A stretch of 64,000 nucleotides of DNA from Phoronis australis (taxonomy: Eukaryota; Animalia; Phoronida). Positions 42,101-57,100 of this stretch are shown here, piece by piece. The notes under the pieces are model-generated. The model ran no database searches and was not told where the DNA came from. It saw only the letters and a program-made list of their open reading frames with translations. The position numbers and the translations under genes are program-made. Location: positions 10,632-74,631 of the forward strand of contig NMRA01000536.1 of assembly GCA_002633005.1 (NCBI GenBank). Reading direction: 5' to 3'. Each line of letters starts with the position of its first letter. Position 1 is the first letter of the stretch.

Positions 42101-45100
42101 ACAGAAAACACATTCAAGAGATTACAATAAAGCAACTTGATTTTGGCACTATTGATTCGCACAGACATAACCAATGGGAAGCCTTCATATGACAAGTGGA
42201 TGCATACTGAAACACACAAGTTAATACCAAGTTTACTGTGGTAAAAGCACACCACAAAATTGTCAAAAATGCCTTTTTTGTTTATCGAGGGCTTTTAACA
42301 TTGTTGCGAATGTCCACAATTTTTCAAAACTGTTTGATGGTACCTGTGCAACATAACTTGAATATGGAATGTCATTAAATTTTGTGCAACATGTGTTTCA
42401 AGGACAAAATGATGAAATAAAATAAAATCCCACTTGTTCGCCACAGACTTTTGCGTATTCAACGAAGAAGATACATCAGTTCAAAACTTGGATTTATATA
42501 AGTATTTGACTTCTTAATATAGTACCAAGCTCAATACCTGAATTGTAGTGCAATAAATCCATACTCGCTGCTTTGCCAAAAGAGAACCCCCAGGGTGTAA
42601 GCAATCCATACTCGCTGCTTTGCCAAAAGAGAACCCCCAGGGAGTGAGCAATCCTGAACCTTTTAAGGTGAGAAAGAGCATGACAATTTTATACACCCCA
42701 GGCATAACGATTTTATTTTCAACACGCAACCTACGTACGTGTGAACAGACTTCCATCTAACGACCATCTAAATGGACACCATGACTCACACTTACACACC
42801 CTAGCTAGTACGCCCTGTTCAGAATTTGCAAGCCCTCTTCCAATATTCGTGAGGCCAAGAAAAGTAAGCAAGTATAAGCATTGGTCTCTCGTTTAACGTG
42901 CTAAAAGCAGTTCTAAGACTTCATTGGTCTGTCCACATATAATGACAGATATGATGAACCTTATATCAGACCCATGTCTCTGCAATATCATACCACACGA
43001 TGGCACCAACTTGACTTAGGGACAAAAAAGTGCAGTCACGTGTCATTGGTCATGGGTGCCCTGAGAAATTAGGATACCCATTTTGGACAGACTCTTTTTG
43101 AATTATTGGATGAACCCCAACGAGTGAACTGAATTGAAATTTAGAAATAGGATAACAATGGAAGAGAATACAATGGTAAACCAACAACTATCATCTACAA
43201 ATTCATAATTTGGTGATACTAAAGGACTCCATTTACCAAAAAATAAGGATGTAGTTGAGTAACCCCGAAGCCACAGGCCTAACCACAATGCACCTGCCAC
43301 GAACGGCCTTTTAACACTAAATACCAAAGGACAGAATCGACCGGTAACTTGCCATTAGACAAAATCAATACACTTAACTTCTTAAAACTTTTCTATCTGC
43401 ATTGAAGAAGCGTAAAACAATGCTCAATAATGTTTAAGTGACAGACAGAAGAGCCACCGCTAAGACGCAGCAAGAAATGATGACATCCGGCAAGAATGAA
43501 AGCCAATTAATAGATCAAAACCAAATGACAATCTTGAGCAAACAGTAAGTAAGGAGATGCAATTTGCAAGCCTGGTGGTGACTTCATGTACTAAACCTTA
43601 CAGGATATGATATCTCCCTATCTAACAAACTCCATCAAGGGTGATCCCCTTTGTGTTGGTGTCCTTTTCTAAATAACACCACTAACACAGCAGTAATTTT
43701 TTCAAGCACTACAACTCTTCCACGTGAACACATATAAAAGTTCTTATCTCATAAAACCATAATGTTCCTTGAGAATTGAGAAATGAAATGAACAAGAGCA
43801 AAGGTGATTGGGGTACCTTTGGTGATTTCACTCATACGAGGGTGCTATATGATCATGTCAAATGGAGATCAAAGTTAGTGTCAGCACCCGTGGATGGTAA
43901 CAACATGGTATCCACTCTATTCTGTTCTGAATTGTTCACAAAATGTTACTCTGGTAGAGCTGAAGATTACTGGAGGCAAATAGTTCTCTCGCTGCTTAGC
44001 CATCAATTTTTCATTTGTCTGGATGCATGCTACAGGTCGCAGTTTTCTTCCGATTGACATACATCTCGTAAGAGGCTGAGGCTTACTATTTTTGGACGAA
44101 ACTGGACTAAAGATGACACTGGGGCAGCTCCAGCTCTGTAATCTTTTGAGTAATTCCTCTGAAAATTGGTGTGTAGATATTATCTCATCATAGGCTATCT
44201 TCAGTATGTCATCTGACTTTCACTACAACATACCGTTGTTGAGTTATTTTAGATTTCCAGTAACTACTTGTTCATTGATTTCATGTGAGGTATCTCCGGT
44301 GTCCCTCGACGGACCATTCTGAAATTTGATTTGTGGATAGAAATCACCAAGTGCTATCTGCTTGACACCACCCATTTCTCTCATTGACTGAACCATTCTC
44401 ACGTTATATGAGATTTACTGATCTGATGACTGTATTTTTATTGACCGATTGCTCGCTGAACTTCTGTTGGTCTAACATACACATGCTACAGGTAGCATTT
44501 TTCATTCCATTAACATAGAATTCACACGCAACATTTATCTTGCGAACAGCTCGAGACCTATTGTTTTAGGTCAAAATCAAATGCAAGATGGCATGAAGGA
44601 CATTTTCAAATAATCGTTTGTGAAGCCCTTCATGGAATGTTTTAAATTTAGTATGGGGACAGAAGTCAAGGCTATCTAGAATTTGAGAATTTGTCATCTG
44701 TCAGTGTTTCTTGCTAAGACTTACTGTTCTACAGTTATTTGAGATTTTCCAAAGACTGTTCTTTTATGGATTAATTTCTTGTGTCTTATTTCTAGCATCC
44801 CTAGAGGCATCTTTATGAAATCATTTGCTTTGGCGGAAGTTTTGTCAGCAACATTGTCAATGTTTGCGGCTTGTTGAATGTTATGGGAGCAGCAGTATCA
44901 GTGTTGGAGACATTGTTATTGTCTTTGTTGATGTTGTTGTCAATGATGTTGGTGGCAGTGTCGGTGTTGATGGTGACTGTGCCCAACACCCCCCGGGAGT
45001 CAAATTCGTCGTCTGCGTCATCAACGGTGATGTGCACTTTGTGGTCTAAAGGAGTTGTTGCTTTCATCATCTTTATCAGATGATTTTGGCTCAAGGTGTC

Positions 45101-48100
45101 ACTCTGTCACAGGGTTTCCTTTAATTATTGTGTAATGAATTTTAGGTTAGGATACCGAGCGTTAAATGCCACCAGGCAACCACCAACACACAGACTAGCA
45201 AATACAATTGCTTTTACATGAATTGTGTGAAAATTCGAGTAACGAACTGGTAGAAGATAATCATGTGCTCATGAATCCCCCCTCCTATAATTTTGAAGTT
45301 AAGTCACCTCCAGGTGTTTTATTCACGTCGTTATTATTTTTGATTTGGTTTTGCACATGATGGTGATTGACAGTCCATCTTCACTGAGAAGCTGCATCAT
45401 GATTCAGAACAATTCCTAGAAAAAGAAATATAGTAACTGACTGAATTCATTACACTGTATTTTGAATTGACATGTAATATGATATATTAGATTTTATTAT
45501 AACACAAATAAAAATTCCACAGAATTATGTTTGTCTAGATGCATTTTGGAGATGTACTAGGCTCACTTTCTATAGGGACAAATTATTTCGTTGATTAACA
45601 AAGACTCTTTATTAGGAATTTATTTTGTAGTACACATACAACATAGGTATGTTGTCATTTTTCTGTTAAATTCGAATTTTGTGAAAAAGGAAAAGTCTAG
45701 CAGTGCAAAGATGCCCTCAACCTACCCACAGACAAATCCTAGGAGATGTTGTACATGATGTTTTTCAATGACTCTGATCCACATCGCCATCGGGTATGAT
45801 ACCTTTATGCTTAATATTTGACATCAGAACATCTCATGCAATTTCTCTTAACCATTTTGATGGCCCAAGCCTAGTTTGCCAGATGACACTGGATCACTTG
45901 CATCCATCGTCACTTTGCTTGCTGTACATTAACGAATAGATTTTGAAATTTGTAGATATTTCCGTCTCTTGCAATAATTAGGAAGAAATTTTCGGTGTGG
46001 TAGAGACAGGTGCCAACTTTTTCTTGGTATCAGATTTTTTCTGAAATTTCCATCTACATGAAAATATTGAATGACACTGAGACAAGTAGGCTACACTGCT
46101 CAATATGCTTGCTTTCTTTCTCTTGGTGTCACTAAAGATTGTTGATTAAAATTCTTTTTTGATTCCTATTTCTCGGAGGGGGGGTGGGGGGAAATCTAAG
46201 ACTTTTCAGGTGGTGTCACTGAGTAAATACGCGTTGTTCTTATTGCAGCATTGTAAAACAAGAATATTAGACATTCTGTAGGTTTTACAGAGGGAAATTG
46301 TTTCTTATAAAAATATGTTAGTGTGTTCTCCAGTGCATATGAGAGGGACACAAATCAAACACAAACTACGGTAAACGTATGAAAATGACTTGCTAAAACA
46401 CAATTCATTTGGCTTAGAGTTTTAGATGTTTGCTGCCCTNATATCCTAAGAGATGTTGTACATGATGTTTTTCAATGACTCTGCTCCACATCGCCATCGG
46501 GTATGATACCTTTATGCTTAATATTTGACATCAGAACATCTCACGCAATTTCTCTTAACCATTTTGATGGCCCAAGCCTAGTTTGCCAGATGACACTGGA
46601 TCACTTGCATCCATCGTCACTTTGCTTGCTGTACATTAACAAATAGATTTTGAAATTTGTAGATATTTCCGTCTCTTGCAATAATTAGGAAGAAATTTTC
46701 GGTGTGGTAGAGACAGGTGCCAACTTTTTCTCGGTATCAGATTTTTTCTGAAATTTCCATCTACATGAAAATATTGAATGACACTGTGAGACAAGTAGGC
46801 TACACTGCTCAATGTGCTTGCTTTCTTTCTCTTGGTGTCACTAAAGATTGTTGATTAAAATTCTTTTTTGATTCCTATTTCTCGGAGGGGGGGGGGGGGG
46901 AAATCTAAGACTTTTCAGGTGGTGTCACTGAGTAAATATGCATTGTTCTTATTGCAGCATTGTAAAACAAGAATATTAGACATTCTGTAGGTTTTACAGA
47001 GGGAAATTGTTTCTTATAAAAATATGTTAGTGTGTTCTCTAGTGCATATGAGAGGGACACAAATCAAACACAAACTACGGTAAACGTATGAAAATGACTT
47101 GCTAAAACACAATTCATTTGGCTTAGAGTTTTAGATGTTTGCTGCCCTACATTATAATATTCAAGTGTAAAAGCCATATAAACTGGTCACGTTTATTGGA
47201 GTCACGAGATACATGATTCACTAGTGCAGACTAACTTTCAATCAAGAACAACATAATTTGACCCTTTACCAGAGTCACCAATTGTCTGAGTGATTTGGGG
47301 TCCGTTTCGCCACAACGATAGGCCAACACAGGATGCTGGGGCCCCTGTGTAATCTTCCGCAGAACTTGAGTGGTTACTATGGTAAAAATTCTCCAGTTTG
47401 GGCAGACTCCAAAAGTTGGCACATGGAAGTTCAAGGAGGCATTGTATTTTCGTGACTTTAAGGGGTGTTACACGTCGATTTTTGGCTTTCAACAGACTTC
47501 TCGAATTTCTGACTCCGCATTTTTGAATCAACAGAGTCTTGGCAGTTCATAAAATCATCAAAATTAGCTGCCAATGCAACCTTTTCATACATCCTCCTAG
47601 TGTGAAACATCGGGGAGAATGATCGTTTGTCAATGATTGTAATTCATGAATTTAGGACAGCCAACACTGCCCATTTCTAAAATTTTCTACAAGTTCTGAT
47701 CTTTAGCAAAATAAATAACTTTTTTTCTGTCCCAAACTGAATTTTTACCGTATCCAATTATTACTGAAGATGAAACCTCTCATCACTGTATGACACCATC
47801 AGGACTCAAACATTCAATTTTGCGTCCCTGTCAGATTTCAGCCATTTTTTTCTTCCAACCCATACATACACCCCGTTACATCTCAGAAGTTGTAACTTTG
47901 TTTTTTCTGGCTGTCTAACTGCCTGTGTCTCATGTTCTTCACTGACCAATGTACATTAAAGTTGCTTTTAGAGTTAGCGTTAAATCCATGAAAAAATGAA
48001 CTGTTGGTATCATGTTGTCCTTGTGTGAAACATACAGATTGTTTACAAGAACATCCTAGCCTTCGGCGGGCCAACCTCATTAATAATGGCAAAAGGATTT

Positions 48101-51100
48101 GGATTTCTTACACAAGTAGCTTCATAATTATCATGTAAAACGATACGATTCATCCAAAATTGAAAGAAATGAAGTTAAAATTCGGTGGCAAAGGCTTTCA
48201 GTAAATGTTTTACATTAGTTTATCCTTCAGTTGTTACACCAAATATAATTGCCAACAATTCTTTTGTGCATTTCCCAAAGACTGATTATTTAAAGAATGG
48301 AAAATTATGATATCTACAGAGTACAAATCATGCTTTTGTTTTTGTGGAGAAATGTGACAAAATAGAATATCATTTGCCGGACACACTGTTTGCTAAATCG
48401 GGGAAAATTACCATCCGATAAACTAGATAATGTATCGTTAGCTTAAAGAGTTTAATAATCAGACGACACTCGATGACAAAGATGGAACGGAAAGGGTCCA
48501 ATTCAACCAAACACAGTACTACAAACACTAGCAGAATGGCATAATGTAATATATCTGAATCCTACAGCAAAACAAAAGCATTGATTGTCTGAAAGAGCAC
48601 GAAAACAAAGGGAAATCACTGTCATAACGTCACATGCAGAGAAGATAAGGCTTCAGGGTTCTCTGAGGAAGAACCAGAGCAAAAACTAATCATTGATAAC
48701 CTGATGGGTGTCTTATCAATGGAGACCAGAGGTGGCTGTCTGGCACAAACAATGGTACAGTCAGGTATTGGAGAACTAGATGTTTAAGGGATCGGTTACA
48801 CAGAGTTCAAGTCTTCAGGGTGGGTTCGACACTGCTGGTTGTTAGATACTTGCGGTGGAATGTCTTGACTTAGGGTAATACAAATGGAGAGCACTGTGGT
48901 CAGTTACCAATCATTTCCTAGTACAATCTTAGGTATTTGAGAAGCCGACGGAACACATTTGATCGATCGCCAATTTTAGGAGTAAGAGGTTGAAAACAAT
49001 TGTAGGAACCAGTGTTCCACCAGCACTGCAGTGACTTCTAGAAAATCCCATCTATTCATGTTGAAGACTAGTAGTTTCCCACAACTGTCATAACCCCTCA
49101 TTTCAGCTTTCGTCAGAGACAAATAATTAAAAGTTTTCAATGGCATCCCTACGAGCTAACACAGTGACATAAATCACATTAGATACAACTTTACTGGTAA
49201 AGTCGGATTATTTCATAATTTAACAACAAACAAAATATTAATCTCAAAAACAAACACTGACATTGTTTGAAGAAAAGATGACATAAAATTTGTATTCACC
49301 TCGATGGCTGCTAACGAAGGAAGCAAGGATTTCATAATTAATCCATTGATCCTTTTACACTTCTAGCCGAGGTGACGACCATTTTTACAGAAATAGCTCA
49401 AAAATGCCAACATCCCATAGGGTAAACCACATTTATTTTACAATGCCTTAGAGACCAACTGCTGACATAACCGTAGTGAGCCAAGGTTCGCAAATTGCTC
49501 ATCTAGGTAAATAAGGTAGAGGGAGAGCCACCTGATCCCCATAAAATATTAGTCAAAACGGAATGCCATGCACTAACTGTGTGGCTCCAGTGTACTTTCA
49601 TTTTTATTACAACCATTTCTAAGCAATTTCCTCCAGTGCCATTAAACCATGAAATCTACAGGTTATGACTTCTGAGTAACCTTACAAAAATGATCAAATC
49701 TGGCTAACATTGGAACATTATATTTCAGAAATGGAGGACCAACTTGAAATGATACTTCAAGATATTATGAATTGTGCACCACCCTCCAAAAACAATGAAA
49801 CGATTTTCTGAAATTTCTATCGTTTTTGCGTCATGTACTGTACAAAAACTGATTTTTTAAAAAAACTCAAAACAAAAACAAAAAGAAAGTTTCTAAAAAA
49901 ACATTACACCATTTTTGAGATTCCAACATTTTTCATGTGCCCTTCGCCAAAACATTTATGCTAACCACAGTTTAGCAAAAGGCTCGATCAGATTGTTTCT
50001 AAGTGGACAAGTTTTATCCCGCAACTTACACTGCACCTTACGCTGGCACACAGAGTAAATCAAGCCTGGCTAACCTGATTGTAATTAACATTTTCACTGC
50101 TTAACAACACTAAACAAGACACTGAGAACATGGAAGATATGGTAATTGGCTGTTCAAAAGCGCCAACCGCCTGTGTAGTTATAACATGTACAGTATACAT
50201 GTCAAGTGCACGACTTGTTTCTCATTTTTGCAACAGATGCTATCGAATATGGCTGCTTTTAAGAAAACCAACTCAAAAGTTGCGTGAAACAAAACCCGAA
50301 GATAGTTCATAAAACTGCATTTTTGAGAATTTGTCATTAACAAAATCAAGTTAGTCATGTTCTCAATACATCTGTTTTGCTACCAACGGAAGTGCCTTTC
50401 TATTTTGATTTATTGCCATAAAGACATGGTCACCTGACCCACTCCGCTACAGTTGGCAGGGGGTCCAGAGATTAAATTCTACAAAATTTCTACTTTTCTA
50501 AAACGTATACCTTTTTAGGTATTCTGCTAGATGCAGGCTTGCTGATAAGGTCATCCATACATTGAAACGGGTACAAACTATGGTTCATAATTTTAATGGT
50601 TCTTAAACAAAATGTGTTTGTGGACTACTCCTACTTACTCTTAGAAACTGGTCAGCAGAAGTCGCCTCTAACTCATGAAAGAAAAGTGGACACTGAAAAG
50701 TGTGAAATGACTGGCAATTTCTTACATTCAACTGAAGCACAGTTATTAACTGATGTAAAATATCAGTTGTAGTCGAACAAAACAGAATTGTCTAAATTCG
50801 AAATCAAACCTACCATTCCCATCAACAAAAATCATTCGACCTGCAGCTCAATTGCCCAATCCTAATCCAGAATAATCTTTTGTTGAAAAAAAACACTTTG
50901 AAAACCACAGGAGTACAGGTATTTAGAGAACATTGACTTTTTAACTGCCGACTTCAAGTCACTTGAATTTAATTACTTAGCCTGGTCACTTTCAATTCAA
51001 GTACCTATTGTCCTTAATTGCATTATGAAAAAGACAAGCGGATCTCTGGGGATACAGGCTGTACAGGAATAGAGAGGATGTAAATGTGAGAGTTTAATTA

Positions 51101-54100
51101 GACACTGCTTTGTCTTAGCCTCACAGATTATACTACAACCTGTCAGTTTTCACTTTCAGCCATCTCTTAATTTGATTCATTTGAAATTAAGACCCTTTCA
51201 CATCTGACGGTGTTTTCTACTTCCAAGATGAAAGCGTAAGATTATGAAATGGCTTGGACTATTTACAAACATGATTCCAGGCAATCTTTATTAGGCGTGT
51301 TAAAAGCTGTGCCCAAGAAGGCTCCGTGAGAATGTTTTCTAGTCTAAGAATTAAGGTCAACGAGTCAGGACAATGAATTCCAAAAAATATATTAAAATCT
51401 AGTATACAAAAGTTCCATGTTTCAAACATCTCATTACAAAGACATTAGAAATGTTAAAAGCTTAACTGCAAAATTGTAAGGACTTAATTCTCCTATATTA
51501 TAACTACCTGAACCTAGTGTATATGATATCAACACACAGGCATAGAAGGCAGTTTTGATCACTATCAGTCATACATCCATACTCCAAACAAATTATCATT
51601 TTTTTCTCATAAAATAAAATGACGACACACTCCAGCAATTAATGGCCGTTGTTCGACACTTGCCAGCGATTACTATATTCTAATCAAGGGATAATTTTAC
51701 ATCTTCGTAATTACCTTGACACACGAATTAGGAAGAAGCCCATATAAATAACGTAGAAGTACCAAGAGAAGGTAATTAATGTTAGGATATGTACACACAG
51801 CACGCAAGATGATATCAAAGGGTGGAACATCTTTCAGTGGTACCCATTGATTTGACTACTGAGGGAAGCCCTAGCCGTCAGAAAAAACTGAATGTCTGAT
51901 GTAAAAAAGCTTTTGTTTGCAGATTGTTGACACTTTCCCACGAATTTAAAATTGCTTAGAAATTTAGAATCGAGACTACAAGACCAAAACAAAAACACAT
52001 GCAAACCAACAAATCACACGACCTAATATTTCGACAATGGCCAAATAAAGTATGCTTAATTAACTAACAAAACTCCCATGCACGTTGTCTAAATATTAGG
52101 AAAAATGATCTTACAGACACATAATGTATGCTTGCTACGCCCACTTTTGATAGTTTTGGCATTTTTCTAAGCGAGCTCAGTTTACTGCAAGAATTTCCCC
52201 TTTGAAGGATCAGGCACTTTTCGCCTCACTTGACGGAGGGCCTGGATAGTCAAAAAGAGGCAGTCACCGTCAGATAAACATGACTATGACATCATCCAAG
52301 ATCACTGTAATTTCTTTCATCTCATACCTAAAAACATGGAATTGTACACTAGCCACACTTTCGGTTTTCATGGTGTTGACTTACACACTAAGTACATTTC
52401 GTTTCAGTTCTTGACTGATATAAATTTGGAATTTCAGCATTCGCTTTAGTACAGACACCGGCAACTGGTGCGCAACCTTTGACAACTGGCACAGAGATAT
52501 CTCACTAAAAACGGTAACGACACAACGGCAGTACACATCAGCAAGGCAATCAGACGATAACACAATCAGAAAGGTTGAGAAATGCAAATTGGATAAATGT
52601 TCTCCAGCATCCACGCATCCTTTGTGCAAGCTAACTTAATTATTGGGGACAATTTTGACTAATGAACGCGGCTAGTTGGAAGGTAGATAATTCAAATTAA
52701 ATAAGGTTAGGAAGGGAGGAAAGGTAATTGCCTGAAGCAGGATTGACATACAAAAGTGTAGGATAAAAAAATCACAATTTTCCTGAACATTTACTATTTG
52801 TTCAGCTTTTAATGAAGATTTGTCAACGTAATTGTTTCTTCTAAGAACTGATTTTTCGTTTTTTAAACAATTCAAATTGCATGATGTAAGAATTCATATT
52901 AAAATCATATACTACTCGTCTAATTCTAGGTAATGACTTGCTTATACATTGTGTATGCTTTTATTCAGAAGAAAAAATCAAATATGACCTGTCATACAGA
53001 CGTTCAGTGGGATAGTATGTCTGCCAGACACCTCATTCGCAATTCGCCCCATCAGTGTGAACATTCATTTCCGTAACTGAACATTTGAAAAACAGTCTCA
53101 AAAAGGTAAGAGTTCAATCAACAAATTTCACAAGGGACTTAATTAGCCAAGGTACCATGCCTGTTTAAATACTCAGAAGACGCGAGGCCGACAGATGTGT
53201 TGATGGTATCACAGCTCCTGAAAGGGAACCAAAGGTAGCCATTACGCCGAACAGATGTTGGTGAATTTGCTCTACTCATTATCTCTGCTCATTAAACTGA
53301 AACAATAGAATCATTCCAGCTCTGATGGAGTATGAGCACTGATGCCTGAAACACTGTGCAAGCTGACATTGCTTTAGGTGGACAGTACCTACACTTGATT
53401 TGTACCGTATCAAAAGGCTTCTGGTTCAGACTACAACAGTAACAATTGACATTACAGGCACATATGCACACACAGACAATGCACTAGAAGCATTTCTGTT
53501 TTTTAACAGGCAAAAACGGCACACATACTTACGCTCACATCTGGAGCTACCAACAGGCGTATGAAGGGTTCTCAAGCCAGGAAGCAGCAACGACCAACCT
53601 GTATGTAACTAAATGTCAATGATTACAGCACTGAGAAATCTGTGGGTTAACGTTCAAGGTGTTTAAATTGGGCGTGAGTGTATTTAGGGCGAGGGAAAGT
53701 CAGGTTTGGGCATTGAACTGAGAACTTACTCAGATTAATGCCCAGGGAGTTGCATTTTCAGTAAAAAGGATGATGGTGTCAGGCTGTTTCACAACCCACA
53801 AACCAGTACATCGCATTTCAGCACCTGTACCTGGTTAATCTGTTCAGTACTACCAATACTGAAGCACAACTGACTTAGACGTATAAAGAACTCCAAACAA
53901 TAACAGTCTGAAAGTAACTTTACAAGGAGGAGTGGTGCATTGAAGAATTTTTTTCTGTTTGCTAAATCAGCAAATCTCGCATTATGTCTTTTATGCTCAA
54001 CAGCAGACCCAACCCTACATATTGTACAGCACGCTAGAAAGTCAAGGTGTGTCAATCAAACCTTCAACGAAAATTTCAACTGCTCTTTTCATAACTCATC

Positions 54101-57100
54101 CTTCACGATTAAATCTCACCAATTTCGGACAAAAATCACACAAATGATCGCTTTTTATTTCTCACAGGCATTCTACTTTGTTGTGAAAACTTATTAGCTA
54201 CTGAAAACCTTAGTCTGGTGCCAAGCCATGGAATAAAATTGAAACTCAGGTAAAGCACTGATTTGGTGCTACATGTCGTATAAAATAACAGAGCTAAAGG
54301 TTTACCTATCCGTCGTAATGTGTCCTAAGTAAGTGAGATTTTACTGTAAAATGTCCCCAAGAAACGAATAACAGGAACACAAAACCACTTTATGAGAAGC
54401 TGGGATTGGTTTTAGAATGATATACATGATTACCCACATGCTGCTGCTAAGTCATTCCAGCAGTTGGTTTTCATCTCTTTTCCCAGTCTTGTCATTTTGT
54501 TACGGTAGATTTTGAAAGTAAAAGGAATATCTGTTTCCTTCGGTATGAACCAAAAGGGTACATACTCGTAACATCGTAGGACTCACGCCTGTAGAGTGCT
54601 AAAACTCCGCCTGTGCATTACGAACTCTTGTTATATCGTACCTTGTATTTCGTCACCATCCTCAAGAGGCCGGATTATCAAGGAATCTGATCTGAGGTCC
54701 TATTGAGTGGAGCTGAGCAATTATCATATTCGGGATAGCTTCACAGCAATTTAAAACACTGACTAAAAGAATTTGATATATTGTGGACTAAAACTGGTGA
54801 TTTGTAAAAATGTTTCACTTTTGAAATTGAATTCCTCGTAAAAACTTAAGTGACTAATTTTTATCAAAGAAATACAATGAAAATCAGCCAAAATAGATCA
54901 TATGTGTTAGGTTTCGATTCTCTTACATTTAGTAACTCTTTCAAGCTTGGTAGATTTGCCTGATGCTGGACGAAAGAGCACAGGGATGCTTAACAGAGAA
55001 CGAAGTTGATAACTGGACTAGCCTCTACTTAGAAATCGCTGTCCTTCTGGCGATGAAACCAAATGGGAGGTTTTGGCCATGCATGTCTTCGTGTATAGCA
55101 AATGCATGGCACACGTAGGCCTACCATGCTGACGTTTTTGAAATTTGAATTGGTAGCTTGTTTTTAAGAAAACTATAACAAATGTCCTATGGTAGTTAAT
55201 CAGGAATGAAGGAATATACTGCAGTCTCAATATGCACAAGTTGTCTTCATACACGTATTGATAACGAAACCATTATCTATTAACAGAACAGAGTAAAAAT
55301 AACCTTTGCATTCACGAAAATGTCATCTTCGTGTTTGTGAGATTGTGTAAATCTACAAATAGAACTGTAATGTCACTGTTCACCAACATAACTGTGTGAA
55401 AACAATAAAATGGAAATGATGAAATCAAAACCAAATCAATTTGGTGTTTTTAGTAGGCCTGACATCCATTTACTTATTTCCTGATGTTTGTTCTACTTGA
55501 GAAATATGAAGGTTCCAATAGTAACAGTAACAAAATAATAAAAATAACAATAACAACAATAAGAATGATAATAACGGAAAAAAATAATGATAAAAATAAT
55601 AAACTTAGAAAAAAATGACACCAATCATAGTGAGCTTAATAGTTATTACTAGCTGAATATCATTAAAAATATTATAATTAGCGTAATTCTAAAGTCACAG
55701 GTATGTTTTTCCATCTAACTTTTGGACTTGAAGTAAATCAAAGAAGTCAAAACCCTTAAAAAGAAACATAAAACACAAGCATGACTGTGCTTCTTGTATT
55801 TCTTCAAAGTCTGAAAGCAAAATTGGCAAAAACATCTATTCATTTTGCCCTTTAGCTTGTGCTAAATTTGAAAGCTGATGAAAATCTTGACAATTGTTTA
55901 GCTAAATGTTTACATTCACTCAGCAGCCTTTTGCACTCCAGCAAAGACAAACCCATTGTTACACCTCCATCTTTCCTCCAGTCAACAATGGACCAGTCCA
56001 TTGGTGACATCATCGCATAATGACCTGTTATTTCTCAAGGTGACCCAGCAAAACATAAACTATTTTGTTTTCACAAATTAACCAATAACCATAGCAGAGG
56101 CTGGGTTTGCCTGAGCACAGCTCTCTTCGCATTACCATATCTGACACATTAATATGTGCTTGTCTATCAAACAAACCAACTTGACAGACCTACACAGAAG
56201 TGAATGACGAGTTCTACAAGGAAGAGAAAATTTATTTCCAACTAGAAACAAAATACCTCAAGCAGTATTTTGTAAATTTGAGTAATTTATAAGAGTACTG
56301 TTAAATAATTACCAAAGCAGAAAGGTTTTAATTCTCAGCGTGAATTTTTCAAAATTGAATCCAAAAATATAAATATTAATAACTGCAAACAAAATATCAT
56401 CAAGTAAAATATCATTCAAATTCAGATTCATTGATACATATTTAGTGTTATCAAGCTAAATCAATCCTAGAATTTTCAAAATTAAATGAAACTAACTTAG
56501 TTGAGCTTCTGATTTAATTGATATTACAACATTCCATTTTATATAATTAGTCATGGTTGTGTGAATTAAAAATATTTTAGCACCAAGAATTTATTTTCAG
56601 TACCAAGCACAACTCCAAGTATTAAAAGACACCAACTTCACATTAAATTGACACCAAGCAGTTTTGGTCATACCTTTCTTTGACTAACCACACCTGGTTT
56701 TGACATGGTTTTAAAAAGAACCAAATTTGATCTAAAACCAGCCTTTTTTGTTCTCGCCATTCCTTTAAATTCTTCCATCTGACATATAGGCTTCTAAACT
56801 CCAACATCCAAGATCAAGATGCTCTGTGTCTAATTAAGGAGTCATTCTTATTTAAATACAAGGATTATAACATTAAGTTGTGTGTAATGTCTAACCAGGC
56901 TTAGGACCACTTGGGTGGATTTTTGTTAAACCTCTGAAACCCAATCCACCATGCCAACATATGGTTCACTTCAGAGCTGATATAAGTGTTATTTTAGGGA
57001 ACTTGCAAAAACAATACCATGACTGTTATCTTAGAACTTCCCTCATTAATAGAAATAAAAGAAAACAAGGTTGAATTGTTTATGCTAAAACATCACCAAA

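Noticed and set aside
55515-55605. (AAT/AAC)n-like tract, also at about 34005-34050
   Set aside because: Ordinary degenerate microsatellite.
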